Assembly (NCBI GenBank): GCA_951406725.2
Contig: OX597826.1
Span: 15,314,001-15,378,000 of the forward strand
Length of the DNA stretch: 64,000 nt
Origin: Octopus vulgaris
Taxonomy: Eukaryota
Direction of reading: 5' to 3'
Below the pieces are notes generated by a model, which did no database searches, was not told the origin of the DNA, and worked only from the letters and a program-made list of their open reading frames with translations. The translations under genes were made by a program, and so were the position numbers. Of the stretch, positions 14,992 to 27,479 are shown piece after piece; the first letter of the stretch is position 1; the number at the start of each line of letters is the position of its first letter.

Positions 14992-15522
14992 ATCTATATC
15001 TATCTATCTATCTATCTATCTCTCTATATATACATTTATATTATATGTATGCATATATAAGTATATCTTTATTATCTATTGTGACAACAATTCTCAACTC
15101 ATAAGATTCTTTGTTACGATTCTTGTAGGATAAATTATAGCACTTTGTTTACAGCTGGGCATTATGCGTCGCAGTTCCAATATTTTCCAGCTACTCAGGT
15201 TACAGTTTGCTGGTTGTTCCAAGTACAACATTTACCAAAGGAATAATGTCTTTTCATCGCTCCACATATCACTATTTCTCGCTTTACTTGATTTCCTCTC
15301 AACGGGATTGCGAACTCAATCACTTAAAATGTTTATTCATTTATTCTGCACGATTATTCTTTAACTCCTTGCTTTCATTGTATAATCAATCTTCATTTAT
15401 GTATGTATGTATATATATATAGTTAATCCAAACAAGAAAACACAAAAAAAAAACACAGCAACGCGAGGACGTGGAACAAATAAAGTTTTATTGGACGCTC
15501 AGGAAAGAAGGGAAGAAGGAGG

Positions 15523-15557
15523 GTTTAACGTTTCGAGCGGAGCTCTTCGTCGGAAAC
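15523..15557 (-). ncRNA. Minimal hammerhead-like motif (variant core) in a Penelope-like fragment at ~15422-15625
   Basis: Minus strand: GTTT-CCGACGA-A-GAGC-TCC-GCTC-GAAA-CG-TT-AAAC. Stems I and II are perfect, stem III is the palindrome AACGTT, and the core has C in place of U4. Confidence 0.6.
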
Positions 15558-15623
15558 AAAGGAGAAGGAAAGATCCCGAGAAGGGAAGACAGAGGAAAAA
15601 AATTGCTGGCGGTGCTCACGAGG

Positions 15624-15675
<52 letters not shown>

Positions 15676-16169
15676 GTATATATATATATAATCGATAGAA
15701 TAAGAACTCAATACATGTTCTTGAACTTAACTAAATTTTATCACTACATATGGAACTTCAGTTGGCAAACACTACTTTTATGAGTCCACCAAAGTATCTA
15801 CCTAAACATCCACTTCATATTTTTGCATGCTAAATGATTGCATGTAATGTAGACCATATATTTTCTCTGTATATTTTTTGTCAATCTCCTTATTCTGGGT
15901 GAAATTCTGTAGAATAATTGCTATTCTGAAGGCGAAACACGTGCCCACAAAAAATAAATAAAATGGCATGAAATAAATAAACAGAATACAAAATACATTT
16001 TCTCTTCTTTCGTATTTGGAGTCAGTTGCTCTCAGTATTGATTATCGTCTCTCAAAATAAAACTTAGTGTCAATTAATCAAAAATTAACCAGTATAGTAT
16101 TTAATGTAAATTCTTCGGTCTCCATTGATGAATCCTTAGTTATTTTAAGCTCACCTTCGTTATCCAGAC

Positions 16170-16310
16170 ATACACATACACATGTATTTATGCAACGCAA
16201 TTCAACACAGTTTCCGTCAACTAAATTCATTCACAAGACTGGCCCGCTATTCTAGTACAAGACATATAAAATGCCATCTGACTTAACCGGAAATCACGTG
16301 GTTGCAAAGC
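16170..16310 (-). mobile_element. SINE family B, decayed head fragment
   Basis: Similar to 35985-36150 (cagtttccgtc...ttcacaag...). Confidence 0.6.
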
Positions 16311-16458
16311 GAACTTTCTAGCCACGCTAACATATCAGCACCTTTCTTTCTCTCTTTCTTTCTCTCTAAATGTATCTGTTTGTATTATATATATATTTGT
16401 ATGTGTGTACATATATATGTGTGTGTGTATGTATGTGTGTATCTACACACATACAAAC

Positions 16459-16503
<45 letters not shown>

Positions 16504-16589
16504 TATATACATACATACATATACATATATATATATATATATATACATATATATATACACGTGCATACATATATATATATATATATATA

Positions 16590-16812
16590 CTTTATTTAAA
16601 GCAGCAGAACATTCAACAAAATCTGTTACTCTGAGTTTCTCGTTGCCGTTCATCAGACAGTTTTTGCTAAAACTGTCTGATGAACGGCAATGAGAAACTC
16701 AGAGTAACAGATTTTGTTGAATTTTCTGCTGCTTTAAATAAAGCATATTACTCTACCACTGGTATTTGAGTACTCTTTTTTCCACCTTGTTTCACATTTA
16801 TGTGTTTACTCC

Positions 16813-16815
<3 letters not shown>
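16590..16815 (+). mobile_element. Penelope-like terminal fragment with a near-perfect 75-bp hairpin (16590-16664 / 16669-16743, loop TGCT)
   Basis: Arms differ at only 2 positions. Each arm carries a hammerhead motif, in opposite orientations. Embedded in (TA)n. Confidence 0.85.
16673..16710 (+). ncRNA. Type-I hammerhead motif (mirror copy on the minus strand at 16623-16660)
   Basis: CTGT-CTGATGA-A-CG-GCAA-TG-A-GAAA-CTCAGAG-TA-ACAG. Stem I CTGT/ACAG, GCAA tetraloop in stem II, near-palindromic stem III, GUA triplet. A-A mismatch at the base of stem II. Confidence 0.62.
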
Positions 16816-16844
<29 letters not shown>

Positions 16845-16845
<1 letters not shown>

Positions 16846-17018
16846 TACTCTGACCCGAAATTTTTCGAGTGGGGCAGTCGACGAAATCGACTCCAGTACG
16901 ACCCTAAAAGCATGAATAGCAAAGTAGACCTCAGCGGGATTTGAAATCAGAATGTAAAGGCGAGCGAAATACTGCTTAGCATTTTTCCTATTGTACTAAC
17001 GTTTCTGCCAGCTCGCCT
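16845..17018 (-). mobile_element. SINE family A, partial
   Basis: Ends ...aacgtttctgccagctcgcc, the reverse complement of the family head. Confidence 0.8.
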
Positions 17019-17207
17019 TATATATATATATATATAGGCAACAAACCAATTAAATAAATACGCTCATCAGAGATAGCCGACATGGAACGGAATATGGCGA
17101 CTGCTCTCCACTGCCGGAGCTGGATTATACGCACGCGCGCGCACACGCACATATATATGTATATATATTTATGTATGTATCTATGTATGTATATTTATGC
17201 ATATACG

Positions 17208-17551
17208 AATTAAAATCCAGAAAATGGAGAAGTAATATTGGCATAATTTATCAACTGCAGAATTGAACAGTTTTTCTTACAGCTGTTTCGATTTTGCCCA
17301 AAAGAATTAAATTCCAATAATAAAAATACTTATTGGGCAAAATCTCACCAGAGGCGTAAGAAATACATATCATTAGGTTATTACATGTTATTCTTTTTCA
17401 CTCCTCTGACGAGATTTTGCGCAATAAAATGTTTTAATTACTGGAATTTAATAATTTTGGGCAAAATCGAAACAGTTGTAAGAGAACATGCTGAATTTTT
17501 GCAGTTAATAAATTATATTATTGCTACTTCTCCATTTTCTGGACTTTAATT
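17208..17551. repeat. Imperfect inverted repeat (~150-bp arms) of Penelope-like origin, containing a hammerhead
   Basis: aattaaaatccagaaaatggagaagta ... tacttctccattttctggactttaatt. Lies ~345 nt into intron 3 from the GC donor. Confidence 0.85.
17401..17485 (+). ncRNA. Type-I hammerhead motif with long stem II
   Basis: CTCCT-CTGACGA-GATTTTGCGC...GGGCAAAATC-GAAA-CAGTTG-TA-AGAGA. Stem III is CAGCTG, a palindrome, in the mirror arm. Stem I is imperfect. Confidence 0.65.
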
Positions 17552-17894
17552 TGAACATTTATAAACCAATATTTATATTTAAACCTATATGTATTAAACC
17601 TATAATATATAGGTTTAAACCTATAATAATTCATTAGATATTTTCTATCACTTAAGGAGGTTATTTTACCCCTATTTAAATATACATATATACAAACACA
17701 CATATATGTGTGTGTATGTATGTGTGCGTGAGTTTGTGTGTGTGTGTTTGTGTACTCACATGCACACATTATGAATGTCCTCAGAAATAGAGCTACAACA
17801 TGACAGAAAGAGCAAATTTTAGACAAACTGAGGCAGATTTAAAAGGGGAAAGAATGAAGTTTATCATAGTAGAAAAATACGAATTAATACTTGC

Positions 17895-18137
17895 CTATAT
17901 CACTGTCGTAGTACATTCCAGCATGTTCCCATTTGTAAGCGTCGACGAGGCTCTGCATCGCTATGCTTACTTCTTCTGTATCAGGCACCATCTGGAATGT
18001 GACCTTGTTACTATTTTCCCGACTGACAGAACTAGTGGATAGAAAAGGGATGCCAAGCTCCTCAGCCGCCATAACAGTACCAGGGTCAAATGGTCCAACA
18101 ATCGTGTGGATGTTGTGAAGTTCCATATAGATAATCG
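17895..18137 (-). CDS. iGluR-like gene, coding exon 3 (ATD/LIVBP-like fold): IIYMELHNIHTIVGPFDPGTVMAAEELGIPFLSTSS...FQMVPD...SLVDAYKWEHAGMYYDSDI-G
   Basis: Acceptor tttttcgtccaatttag|CG and donor ATAG|gcaagt (GC). 243 nt, phase 1/1. Motifs IVGP, LGIPFLS, LVDAYKW and YYDSDIG match AMPA/kainate ATD motifs (AIFGP, LGVPHI, LIEYYQW, YDSDRG / YDDSTG). Confidence 0.9.
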
Positions 18138-18220
18138 CTAAATTGGACGAAAAATAGACATGTTAGAATCACATAAACAATGAACATAATTGATATATAT
18201 ATATCAATATAAGAGAGTGA

Positions 18221-18251
<31 letters not shown>

Positions 18252-18344
18252 ATATATATATATATAGACATACTGCATACAAACATAAATATATATATAT
18301 ATATATATATACATATATACATATATACATATGTATATACATAA

Positions 18345-18550
18345 AGGGAAAGTTTATGAAAATAAACAAAAGACAAAGGCAGGTGGAGTACAAACAAACA
18401 AATGTATTAGTATAGCGCTCAGGAATAGAAAAAGTCGTTTATGTTTCGAGCCTACGCTCTTCGACAGAAAGATACACTGAAAAAAACAAGGAGAGAAGCA
18501 AGGAGAGAAAAAATGCGTGTAGGAGCTAACGACCTATCATGGCGTCCTGA
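18345..18550 (-). mobile_element. Penelope-like terminal fragment with a degenerate hammerhead
   Basis: Minus strand: CTGTCGA-A-GAGC-GTAG-GCTC-GAAA-CA-TA. Same layout as 15422-15625 and 44470-44650. Confidence 0.6.
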
Positions 18551-18605
18551 CTTCGTATATGTATATATATATGAAGAGATGTATATGTATATACATACAT
18601 ATACA

Positions 18606-18657
<52 letters not shown>

Positions 18658-18869
18658 CTATAATTATAAACATAATTATAATTAGGGTCAGCTAATTGCT
18701 TCACTACATACCGAATTTAGAAATAGGAGTTAAAAATTGCTTTTCTATTACCGTAAGAACCTCCCAGACAGTAACACACTTTTTACGCTTAATCTAATTA
18801 ATTTTACCCTTTTATTTTTAATTTGAAATTATATATATATAGACATGACATAAGTAAAAAGACACCATT

Positions 18870-19625
18870 ATAGTCACTGAAATTTATTGAAATCTGAAAT
18901 TATACATTCAAATTATTTATTAATTATTATGATGTGAATATTTAATATTTGGTAGACATGCTCCCTTTTCAGTACAAGGACCCTTTTAGGCATGTAAATA
19001 ATCAGATGACCAATATTCTATTGTGGAATTTCTTGCCAAGTTTTATGCAGTAATCTCAAAATATCTGGCTTTGAAGATGCTTTCTTGTTCTTTTCATAAA
19101 GTGCCCTGTCCTATCCAAATTGCTCCCCAGACCATCACAGAATAGTGGCCGTGATTCAAAGTTTGGGTACAATCTTTTCGACTGAATTTCTTGGATCACA
19201 GAGTTTCCAGACCCATATCTGGCCTCATCGGAGAATATGACAGTGTCCCAAAATGCTAGTGGCCTCTCCACCATCACAGTTTTTCCGCTTGATATAGGCT
19301 GGTCAAAGAAGTTGCTTCCTTCTTATTGCTCTGCCATAGTAAACAAGTTTGTGCAGATACCTGACAGCTGTTCTAGAACTGGCATCAACGTGTTCTGCTA
19401 TGTCAGAGGTCTTGCAACGAGGATTATCTTAACAAAGAGAAGGGTCCTTCAGAGAGCACTGGTCAACCCGGGTGAGGTGATGTGGACGTCTTCCCCTCTC
19501 TGGTGAATTGCACAATCACTCTATTAATTGTAGAAAACGGTATTCCAAGATTTCCTGCGGTTTTATGCTATGTCCACCTTCAAGTATGTCATATAATCCG
19601 TTTGTTGTCTTACTTAATCCTGAAA
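18870..19625 (-). mobile_element. Decayed Tc1-like DNA transposon
   Basis: FWDTVIFSDEARY (Tc1 W..V.FSDE motif), then a VM.WGAI-like segment and an NPIEN-like segment (aattccacaatagaatatt). Confidence 0.75.
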
Positions 19626-19929
19626 ATATTTATGTAACGCAGTCATAATTTGTTGTTACATATTTATATATGTGTGTGTATAAATATGTATATGTATATA
19701 TGTATGTATACACATCACGTGCACACACGCATATATGTAGAGAGAGATGGAAGGATTGAAAGATGGACAAGCAAGAACTAAATTTAAAGGAAGAGTTCTT
19801 TGATGATTAAATTTCATTTTGTATACTCACTTTTCAATTTATCAATTTAAAAAGTGTAAATGGAAAATAAATATTTATTTCGAAAACAATGTTTTAAACA
19901 GAAAATATATCACATTAGTCTACTTTATC

Positions 19930-20700
19930 AGTGATACAACAAGATATGAAGTTTCGAAACACATAAATTCATTTTCATCAGCATTGAATATGTGCGTTCA
20001 TGATCAAGAAAAGTAAAAGCTATACGGTGCAAATTCTTACTCGAATCTGAGAAGCTTCGCGAAAGGCAATCACAAATGAATGTGATTTCCGCACCATTTA
20101 GAATTTCCATTGTTTTTGTATATGTAATCCTATTATCCATACTATTATGTCAAGCCATTTTCATAAATTTTATATCGGATTCAAACTCTGTCATAGCAAT
20201 TGCCACGGAAAAGCCAGAATTTTTGTTTTTATGGAATCCTTGAATACTCCTGCGGTATTCTTCAGTTAGATGTCAATCTGAAGAGTCTACGAGGAGTCAG
20301 AATATAAATTCTTATATGGAGGCATATCATTCTTTAAAATGTCTTAAGTCATACTCTTTATGATTCTCTTTATCTGATATATCGGGGCTGATCCATTTGC
20401 TAGCCAGGTAGCCCCAAACCAATAGTTTGCCACTACTTAGTCGGGCACCAACCCTTTGGATGTAATATTTCTCATACGCAACTCATCCGACCAAGATATT
20501 TTTGAACATAAGGACAAGTTGTAACTTATGCTCCTGAGCGACGTGAATGCATATACGTTGCGTTTTCAGCGAAATTAACAATTCTTTTTTGTGTAACACG
20601 CCCCAAATGCACGAACTATTTGGATGATTCCTGATGGAACAACGCCAATTTTCAGGTAGTATTTTGTTGTACTTCACCGATACACGTGAATGCATCGTTC
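19930..20700 (-). mobile_element. Decayed hAT-like transposase remnant
   Basis: RICIHVAQEHKLQLVL resembles the hAT YIHCxAHxLxLVL motif. In-frame stops are present. Confidence 0.4.
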
Positions 20701-21155
20701 CAGTATTTCAAAACTTTAGATCGGGTCCTCTGGCCACGGGCAATCTGAATAGCTAATATATATAACCCACAACATCATAGTAAGCGGCAACTACAAACTC
20801 TTCTAACATCAGCAGATATAGCTCGCAATATCAATGTCGACTTATGCAGTCAGGATATTTTTAATCGCGACAAGGAAATTCAGCTTTGTCGTTAACTAGT
20901 CGCATTATATCTTAAAACCATATGGTCGAATAGTTATAAATACCTCCTGGCAATACAGATACCATATAATATCGAATATTGAATTAAAATACATCTTTAT
21001 TGAAATGTACTTATACTAAGTGATGCTGATATTCTCTTCTTCTTCTTCTTCTTCTTCTTCTTCTTCTTCTTCTTCTTCTTCTTCTTCTTCTTCTGCTCCT
21101 CCACCTCCGCCTCTGCCCCCTCCTCCTGTTCTTGCGTCTCGTTATTTTTATTATT

Positions 21156-21373
21156 TAGGCGACAAGCTGCTTGAATCGTTCGCATGCTGGGGCAAATTGC
21201 TTGGAGCCATCTCGTCCGTCTTTACGTCTTGAGTTCAAATTCCGCTGAGGTAGGTCGACTTTGACTTTCATCCTTTCGAGATCGATGAAATAAGTACTAG
21301 TTGAATACTGGGATCGATGTAATCGACTAGGCATCTCCCCCAAAATTGCTGGCCTTGTGCAAAAATTTGAAAC

Positions 21374-21375
<2 letters not shown>
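21156..21375 (+). mobile_element. SINE family A with an alternative 3' tail, followed by (ATT/GTT)n
   Basis: Head and central domain as in family A. Tail ccccaaaattgctggccttgtgcaaaaatttgaaacc. Confidence 0.85.
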
Positions 21376-21452
<77 letters not shown>

Positions 21453-21564
21453 ATTATTGTTGTTGTTGTTGTTATTATTATTGTTGTTGTTGTTGTTGTT
21501 GTTATTATTATTATTATTACTATTATTATTATTATTATTATTATTATTGTTGTTGTTGTTATTG

Positions 21565-21605
<41 letters not shown>

Positions 21606-21606
<1 letters not shown>

Positions 21607-21975
21607 CTCCGTAACACAGTGTAGGTAAAAGTGCACCGGAGTCTTCAGTCATCTGTCAAGTCACAACAAGGACCTCAGACACAGAATACTTTCCTTAAGA
21701 TGTGCGCTGTGCCCAATAAGACTACTTTTTGCAAGACATCAATCTTGCATGTGATTTCTAGTTGCCTTAAGAAGTTTTGAAGTTTCAATGGGATCGAGCC
21801 AAATGCTCCAATCACCATTGGTATCAATTTTACATTACCCTCTTGCATTCTGTACAGTCTTGCCTTTTCTCCTTTCAATTTGGAGGACTTAGTAACATTT
21901 TTCAACATTCATATCATTTGGTATGGCTACATCAATGATCTGACAGTATTTGTCTCTCTTGTTCAATACATATTG

Positions 21976-21977
<2 letters not shown>
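21606..21977 (-). mobile_element. 5'-truncated R4/Dong-like LINE 3' end
   Basis: IPMVIGAFGSIP...LQKVVLLGTAHILRKVF*. Flanked by (AAT)/(GAT)n on its sense strand. Confidence 0.85.
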
Positions 21978-22014
<37 letters not shown>

Positions 22015-22023
22015 ACCATTATT

Positions 22024-22094
<71 letters not shown>

Positions 22095-22110
22095 CATCAT
22101 CATCATTATT

Positions 22111-22217
<107 letters not shown>

Positions 22218-22233
22218 CATCATCATCATTATT

Positions 22234-22292
<59 letters not shown>

Positions 22293-22314
22293 TATTATTA
22301 TTATTATTATTATT

Positions 22315-22880
22315 CAGTAGTTTTATTTTTATTTTTATAGCGTGCTTTCACTTCACTACCGAGCGCAGCTCTGTGTGCCTTGGGTATGTGCTGTGATTTG
22401 TTGTGATGCTCTGATGGTTATTGTATGGAAAGTGTTCTGCGTAGGATGTGGGCAGTGCCTAGTAGTGCAATTTTCTGTATGTTATATGTGTTTGTAAGTC
22501 CTGGTGTTTTTGTTATGTATTTGTCTGAATATTTTTTTATCATGCCTAATGCACCTACTATGATAGGAATTGTTTCTGTTTTCAGATTCCACATTCTAGT
22601 TACCTCTATTTCCAGGTCTTTGTATTTTGAGAGTTTCTCCATTTCTTTTAGAGCATTTTGGGTGATGCATCATCCTGTCATTATTTTTCTTGTTTTCCTA
22701 TCATTTTGGTCATTCATTTCGTGTCCATTAAGGATATTGTAGCTGTATTATAACTGGGATCAGCTAAAGTGTTGATACCTATTATCTTGTTTTTATTGAG
22801 CTCTGTGTTTAGTATTGATCTAACTCGTCTATAATATTCTTTTTTATTTTCTCTTTCATTTGTGTGTGTTGTGTCTTATC
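22315..22880 (-). mobile_element. R4/Dong-like LINE 3' end, internally deleted
   Basis: EKLSKYKDLEIEVTRMWNLKTETIPIIVGALG...IQKIALLGTAHILRRTLSIQ*. 3' UTR ends aaaactactg-(AAT)n. Confidence 0.88.
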
Positions 22881-22973
<93 letters not shown>

Positions 22974-22977
<4 letters not shown>

Positions 22978-23875
22978 TAGTCTTATTTTTATAATGTGCT
23001 TTCACTGCACTACCGAGCGGAGATATGTGTGCCTTGGGTATGTGCTGTGGTTTGTTGTGATGCTCTTATTTTTATTGTATTGAAAGTGTTTTACGTAGGA
23101 TATGTGCGGTGTCTAGTAGTGCTATATTCTGTATGTTACATATACTTGTTTGTCATGATGTTTTTGTCATATATTTGAAATTTTTTTTCATACCTAATCT
23201 GTCTAGTATAATAGGAATTGTTTCTTCTTTTAGACTCCCCATTCGAGCTACCTCTATTCCCAGATCTTTGTATTTTGAAAGTTTCTCCATTTAATTTAGA
23301 GAATCGTTGTCATCGCTTGGTATTGATACATCGATTAGAAATAAATTTTTTGTGACATCTGACAACTATATGTGGCTTGTTGGCCTTAATTTCTCTATCT
23401 GTGTGTATTGGCAAATCCAAGAGTATGGTTACTTTCTCATTTCTGTGACCTTTTCTGGTATGTGCCTATACCATGTTTTTTCTGTTGTTATTATATAGTG
23501 TTGGCATAGCTTCCAGTGTATGTAGGTCCCAACTCTGTCACGATTATGAATATACTGTTTCTTAGCCAGGACTGGGCAGCCAGAAACAATATGATTTACT
23601 GTTTCTGCTCCATTTCCATATATTCTGAAGCTACATGTATTTTTATCATTACATATTATTGGGAATTTCTGGTGGGGAGACTTTAGACTTGTGCTGCAAT
23701 TAAAAATCCTTCAGTCTCTGCTTTGTGCCCTGAGCTTCTCAGCCATTGTTTGGATTTTGTTTTGTCTATTTATTTTCTGTTTCGCTTAACCCAGTATTTG
23801 CCATGAAGGGGCTTTTCTTGCCATCCTTTTATTACGATCCGTTGGTGTTCCGGTTTTAGTTTGGATTTCAATTGT
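22974..23875 (-). mobile_element. R4/Dong-like LINE 3' portion, same subfamily as 22315-22880
   Basis: Minus strand encodes KPLHGKY, LKAETEGFLIAAQ-like, H.VSGCPVLAK and RHDRV-like motifs. Its 3' UTR matches the adjacent copy. Confidence 0.88.
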
Positions 23876-26674
23876 GTTTCAGGTGGCAGTTCGTCTGCAT
23901 TGGCGTTCTGTGCTCAAACTTCGTCGAGGTCGAATCTGGCGTTCATCTTTGTGGAGTCGACAAAATAAGTACCAGTTAAGCTCTGGGGGTCGCTGTGAGC
24001 AACTCATCCCTCCACTAAGAATAAGTGTGTATCTATGTCATCATTGTTTCTGTCAGTAGCCGTGGGGTATTCTTCCTTGTTTTGAAGATTTCGACCTGTG
24101 TTAGGATTTGCATCAATATCTTTATGGGATGGAGATTTAGTGACTTTTTCGTCGCAGGATACAATAAACTGGAACACATACACCCACATATACACACACG
24201 CACGTGCGCGCATTTACACCCGTATACACATACTCGCGCATTTATATATAATGCAAATATATAAAAGTATGTCTGTTTCGTGCCATGAGTTTTTGATTCA
24301 GTTGTGGGGCATGTTATATGGAACGTTAGTACCAGCACTTTAAAGCAAAATTGTAAGAAATTGTAGTCGCCTATGATTATCTTACTCAATGGTAATTTGG
24401 ATACATTAGTTTCTGAAATGTGCAGACAATGAAAGTATGTTATTTATTTAGATGATAAAACTGAAGACAGAACGGTTTAGTGACACTGTATTTTTACAAG
24501 TTTTGTGCAATTCAAACATCGTCTAATTATTCAATACAGGACGCCGTACATTTGTAATGTAATAAAGAGAAATTATATTATCGTATTCTTTGAGTCTTAT
24601 ATTTTAAACATAACTCTGACTTGCACTCAGGCTCTAGACACTAATGACATTAGTATCATAGTAGTCTGTTTGAATATCGAGTCGTTACATTTATGTCGCT
24701 GTGATTTAAGAGTATAATGCTATTAGTGTCACAAAACTTATTTCACATCACGTTGCTGCCTTTACGCTACCGTTCGCACAACAGGCTTGATGGATAATCA
24801 GGATTTTGTTTCTAATTAGCGTCTTTGGAAATGCTCATTAGAAGCTTTATAGAAATCAGAAATCGGATAAAAAGGAAACTTCATATAAGGAGGCTAGAAA
24901 AGAGTGAAAAACAACCCCGAAGGAAAAAAAGTACCACCTCTATAATAGATTTAACATCTAGCTGTAGTCAGTGTAACCTTTTGTTGATTGTAAGGATATG
25001 GCATTGTATATGTGCTCAGCAATTATATGAAGAGATAATCTAAAACGTAATATTCTTGTGAACCATTCATTAAATTATGATTTCAAAAAAGTTGCAAAGG
25101 ACCCATGCAAATTCAGTGACGTGTGGTTTAAACAAATATTCATTATGGCTTCATACATGAAAGCTAAATTTAGCAAGTCTCGTTTAGCCGTTTCATCGTG
25201 GATCTCAAAGCTTCTTTGTCATCATAATTTTGCAAAGTATAATAACGTTTACGAGTGTACAAAGAATTATAGAACAAGCAAATAACACAGATATGCTGAA
25301 GTGGATGCAGCGAAATTTATTGTCATCGGAATCAAAGCAGATAGTGTGACAGCTTGGCTGTGCTGTGAAATAACTGGGAGAGGAAAACCGGAAGAAATTA
25401 TTTCCAAAACACTCGACGATTTTATTACGAGGTATTCCTGACGTCTCTTCATGGAGGCGGTAGAAGAATGCAGATCCGAGATGTTCAAATACACAAACCT
25501 ATTTTCGGCATTCAGGCATAATATATGATGAGGTTAAATCATTGGGAAAGTTTTACAGTTGCGTTTTTATAATTGCATTCATTGTAAAAATGAACTGATG
25601 GAATTGTGTAAGAAAATTGTAAGGGCAAAGATAGACATTGCTTCTGTGATCAATGTTTCACATAGATTTTTAAATAATTAGTAATGAAACTTGAGGTACG
25701 TAGGGGGATGAAACTATCGCTTGGTTCCTTGTATGTGAAAAACAATTTGGGAGGCAGTCTTTATAATTGCAACACCACAATTGGATATCATATTGCCAAT
25801 GCTAAGAAAATTTGAGTTAAATACATAAAAAATATTACTTGGTTGTAAATATGACGTCTGTTATATAATTTCAGGAAAGAATAATTGTATGCAAGCCATG
25901 ATAAAGAGCATATACCCAAAACTATGTTTGCTGATTGTGCTGCACACTAACTGAATATTGTGAAGTAACATCTCAATGATGTTCGAGAAATAAAGAACTA
26001 GATTGGAAGTTTCTCTCATTATTTTTCCTGTTAGAGAAAGCAAGGTGATATCTCATTCTAAGTGTGCCATTATTACTCGAAACAAGTTGGATGACATATT
26101 ATAAACGCATCAGGATATTTTTCCTTACTTTTAAAAGTATTTTCGAGCAATTTTGCATTCTGCTCTCGTCAGATTCAAGTAAACACGACAGTAAACTCTC
26201 CATCTGGAATCCTTTTTGAGTACATCAGCTTTTTTATCAAATCGAAAACTTAGAAGTAGTTACTTGTTTTGAAATTTCATCAGAAACGTTAGACGAAGGA
26301 TAAACAGACAGCCTTGAGAACATGCTTAAGCAGAGTGATCATACTTCCTCTTCTTCGGCAAGCTGTTCCATTTGTAGTATTCGGAGCAGCCTGCAGCATG
26401 GAAAGGTACAGACGAAAACCTAGTTTCAGTCAACAACGCCAGATAAACATCTATCTGGCCAGTGCATTATGAGAGTTAACAAAACAAAATTATTTGACAA
26501 TGAACGTAAATCAACTCCAAAATTCTTGAATTCGCTCTCGCGATAAATCTTTTTAGATATCTCTACAGCTCATAATATATGGCACGTGCATTTTTGATTT
26601 GCATCACTCAAGTTTTTTGTAATTTTGTACTCTTTTGTTACAAAAACATATGCATGCGGATGTATATATTAAGC

Positions 26675-26748
<74 letters not shown>

Positions 26749-26858
26749 AAATAAGGGCAAAAGAAAAATTCTAATGCCAAATATGCCGAAAAAAAGGACA
26801 AAATTGTCAATAACCATTATATATATATACATATGCTAAATATATCAATATCCATCTC

Positions 26859-26939
<81 letters not shown>

Positions 26940-27053
26940 TATATATATACATATATATATATATATACACATATATATATATATGTATATATATATGCTA
27001 TATCTATGTATGTATCTATCTATCTATCTTTCTGTCTATCTACTCTCTCTCTT

Positions 27054-27094
<41 letters not shown>

Positions 27095-27479
27095 ATGTGT
27101 ATGTGTGTGTGTTTTTGTTTGTATAATTTATATTTATAGCTATATTACCTGCGCACACATATATTAATATTTCACGTAATACTTCAGTTAGAGCTGTAGA
27201 TGCGTTCCTAAAATGCAGTTCTAAATGAAACGTTGCTATACAGAGTTATTATAGCAACATCAATAGAGATACAAGCTCGATAGTCTATCTTAACGGAGTC
27301 ATTTACACGAATGGAGGTGATAAACACTGTCAAACTACTAAAATAATCCAATTTTCAGGCATTAGATAATAATAATAATTCGTTCCTGTGATGCTGACAC
27401 TGCAATATGGTTCTAAAGCGCATAATAGATGCATTATTTTGCTAACTCAAGCAGGCTTTCAATATAAAGCTCTTATCAT

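Noticed and set aside
20041-20277. Possible extra receptor exon (cttcag acceptor, GTAAG donor, phase-compatible with exon 3; ORF 19928-20140)
   Set aside because: In-frame TGA codons upstream, context resembling a decayed hAT transposase, and exon 36581-36706 fits the ATD better with clean splice sites.
26123-26180. Minus-strand CTGACGA-GAGCA...TGCTC-GAAA hammerhead-like core
   Set aside because: No credible stem I or palindromic stem III, and it lies in a probable decayed DNA-transposon region. Likely chance.
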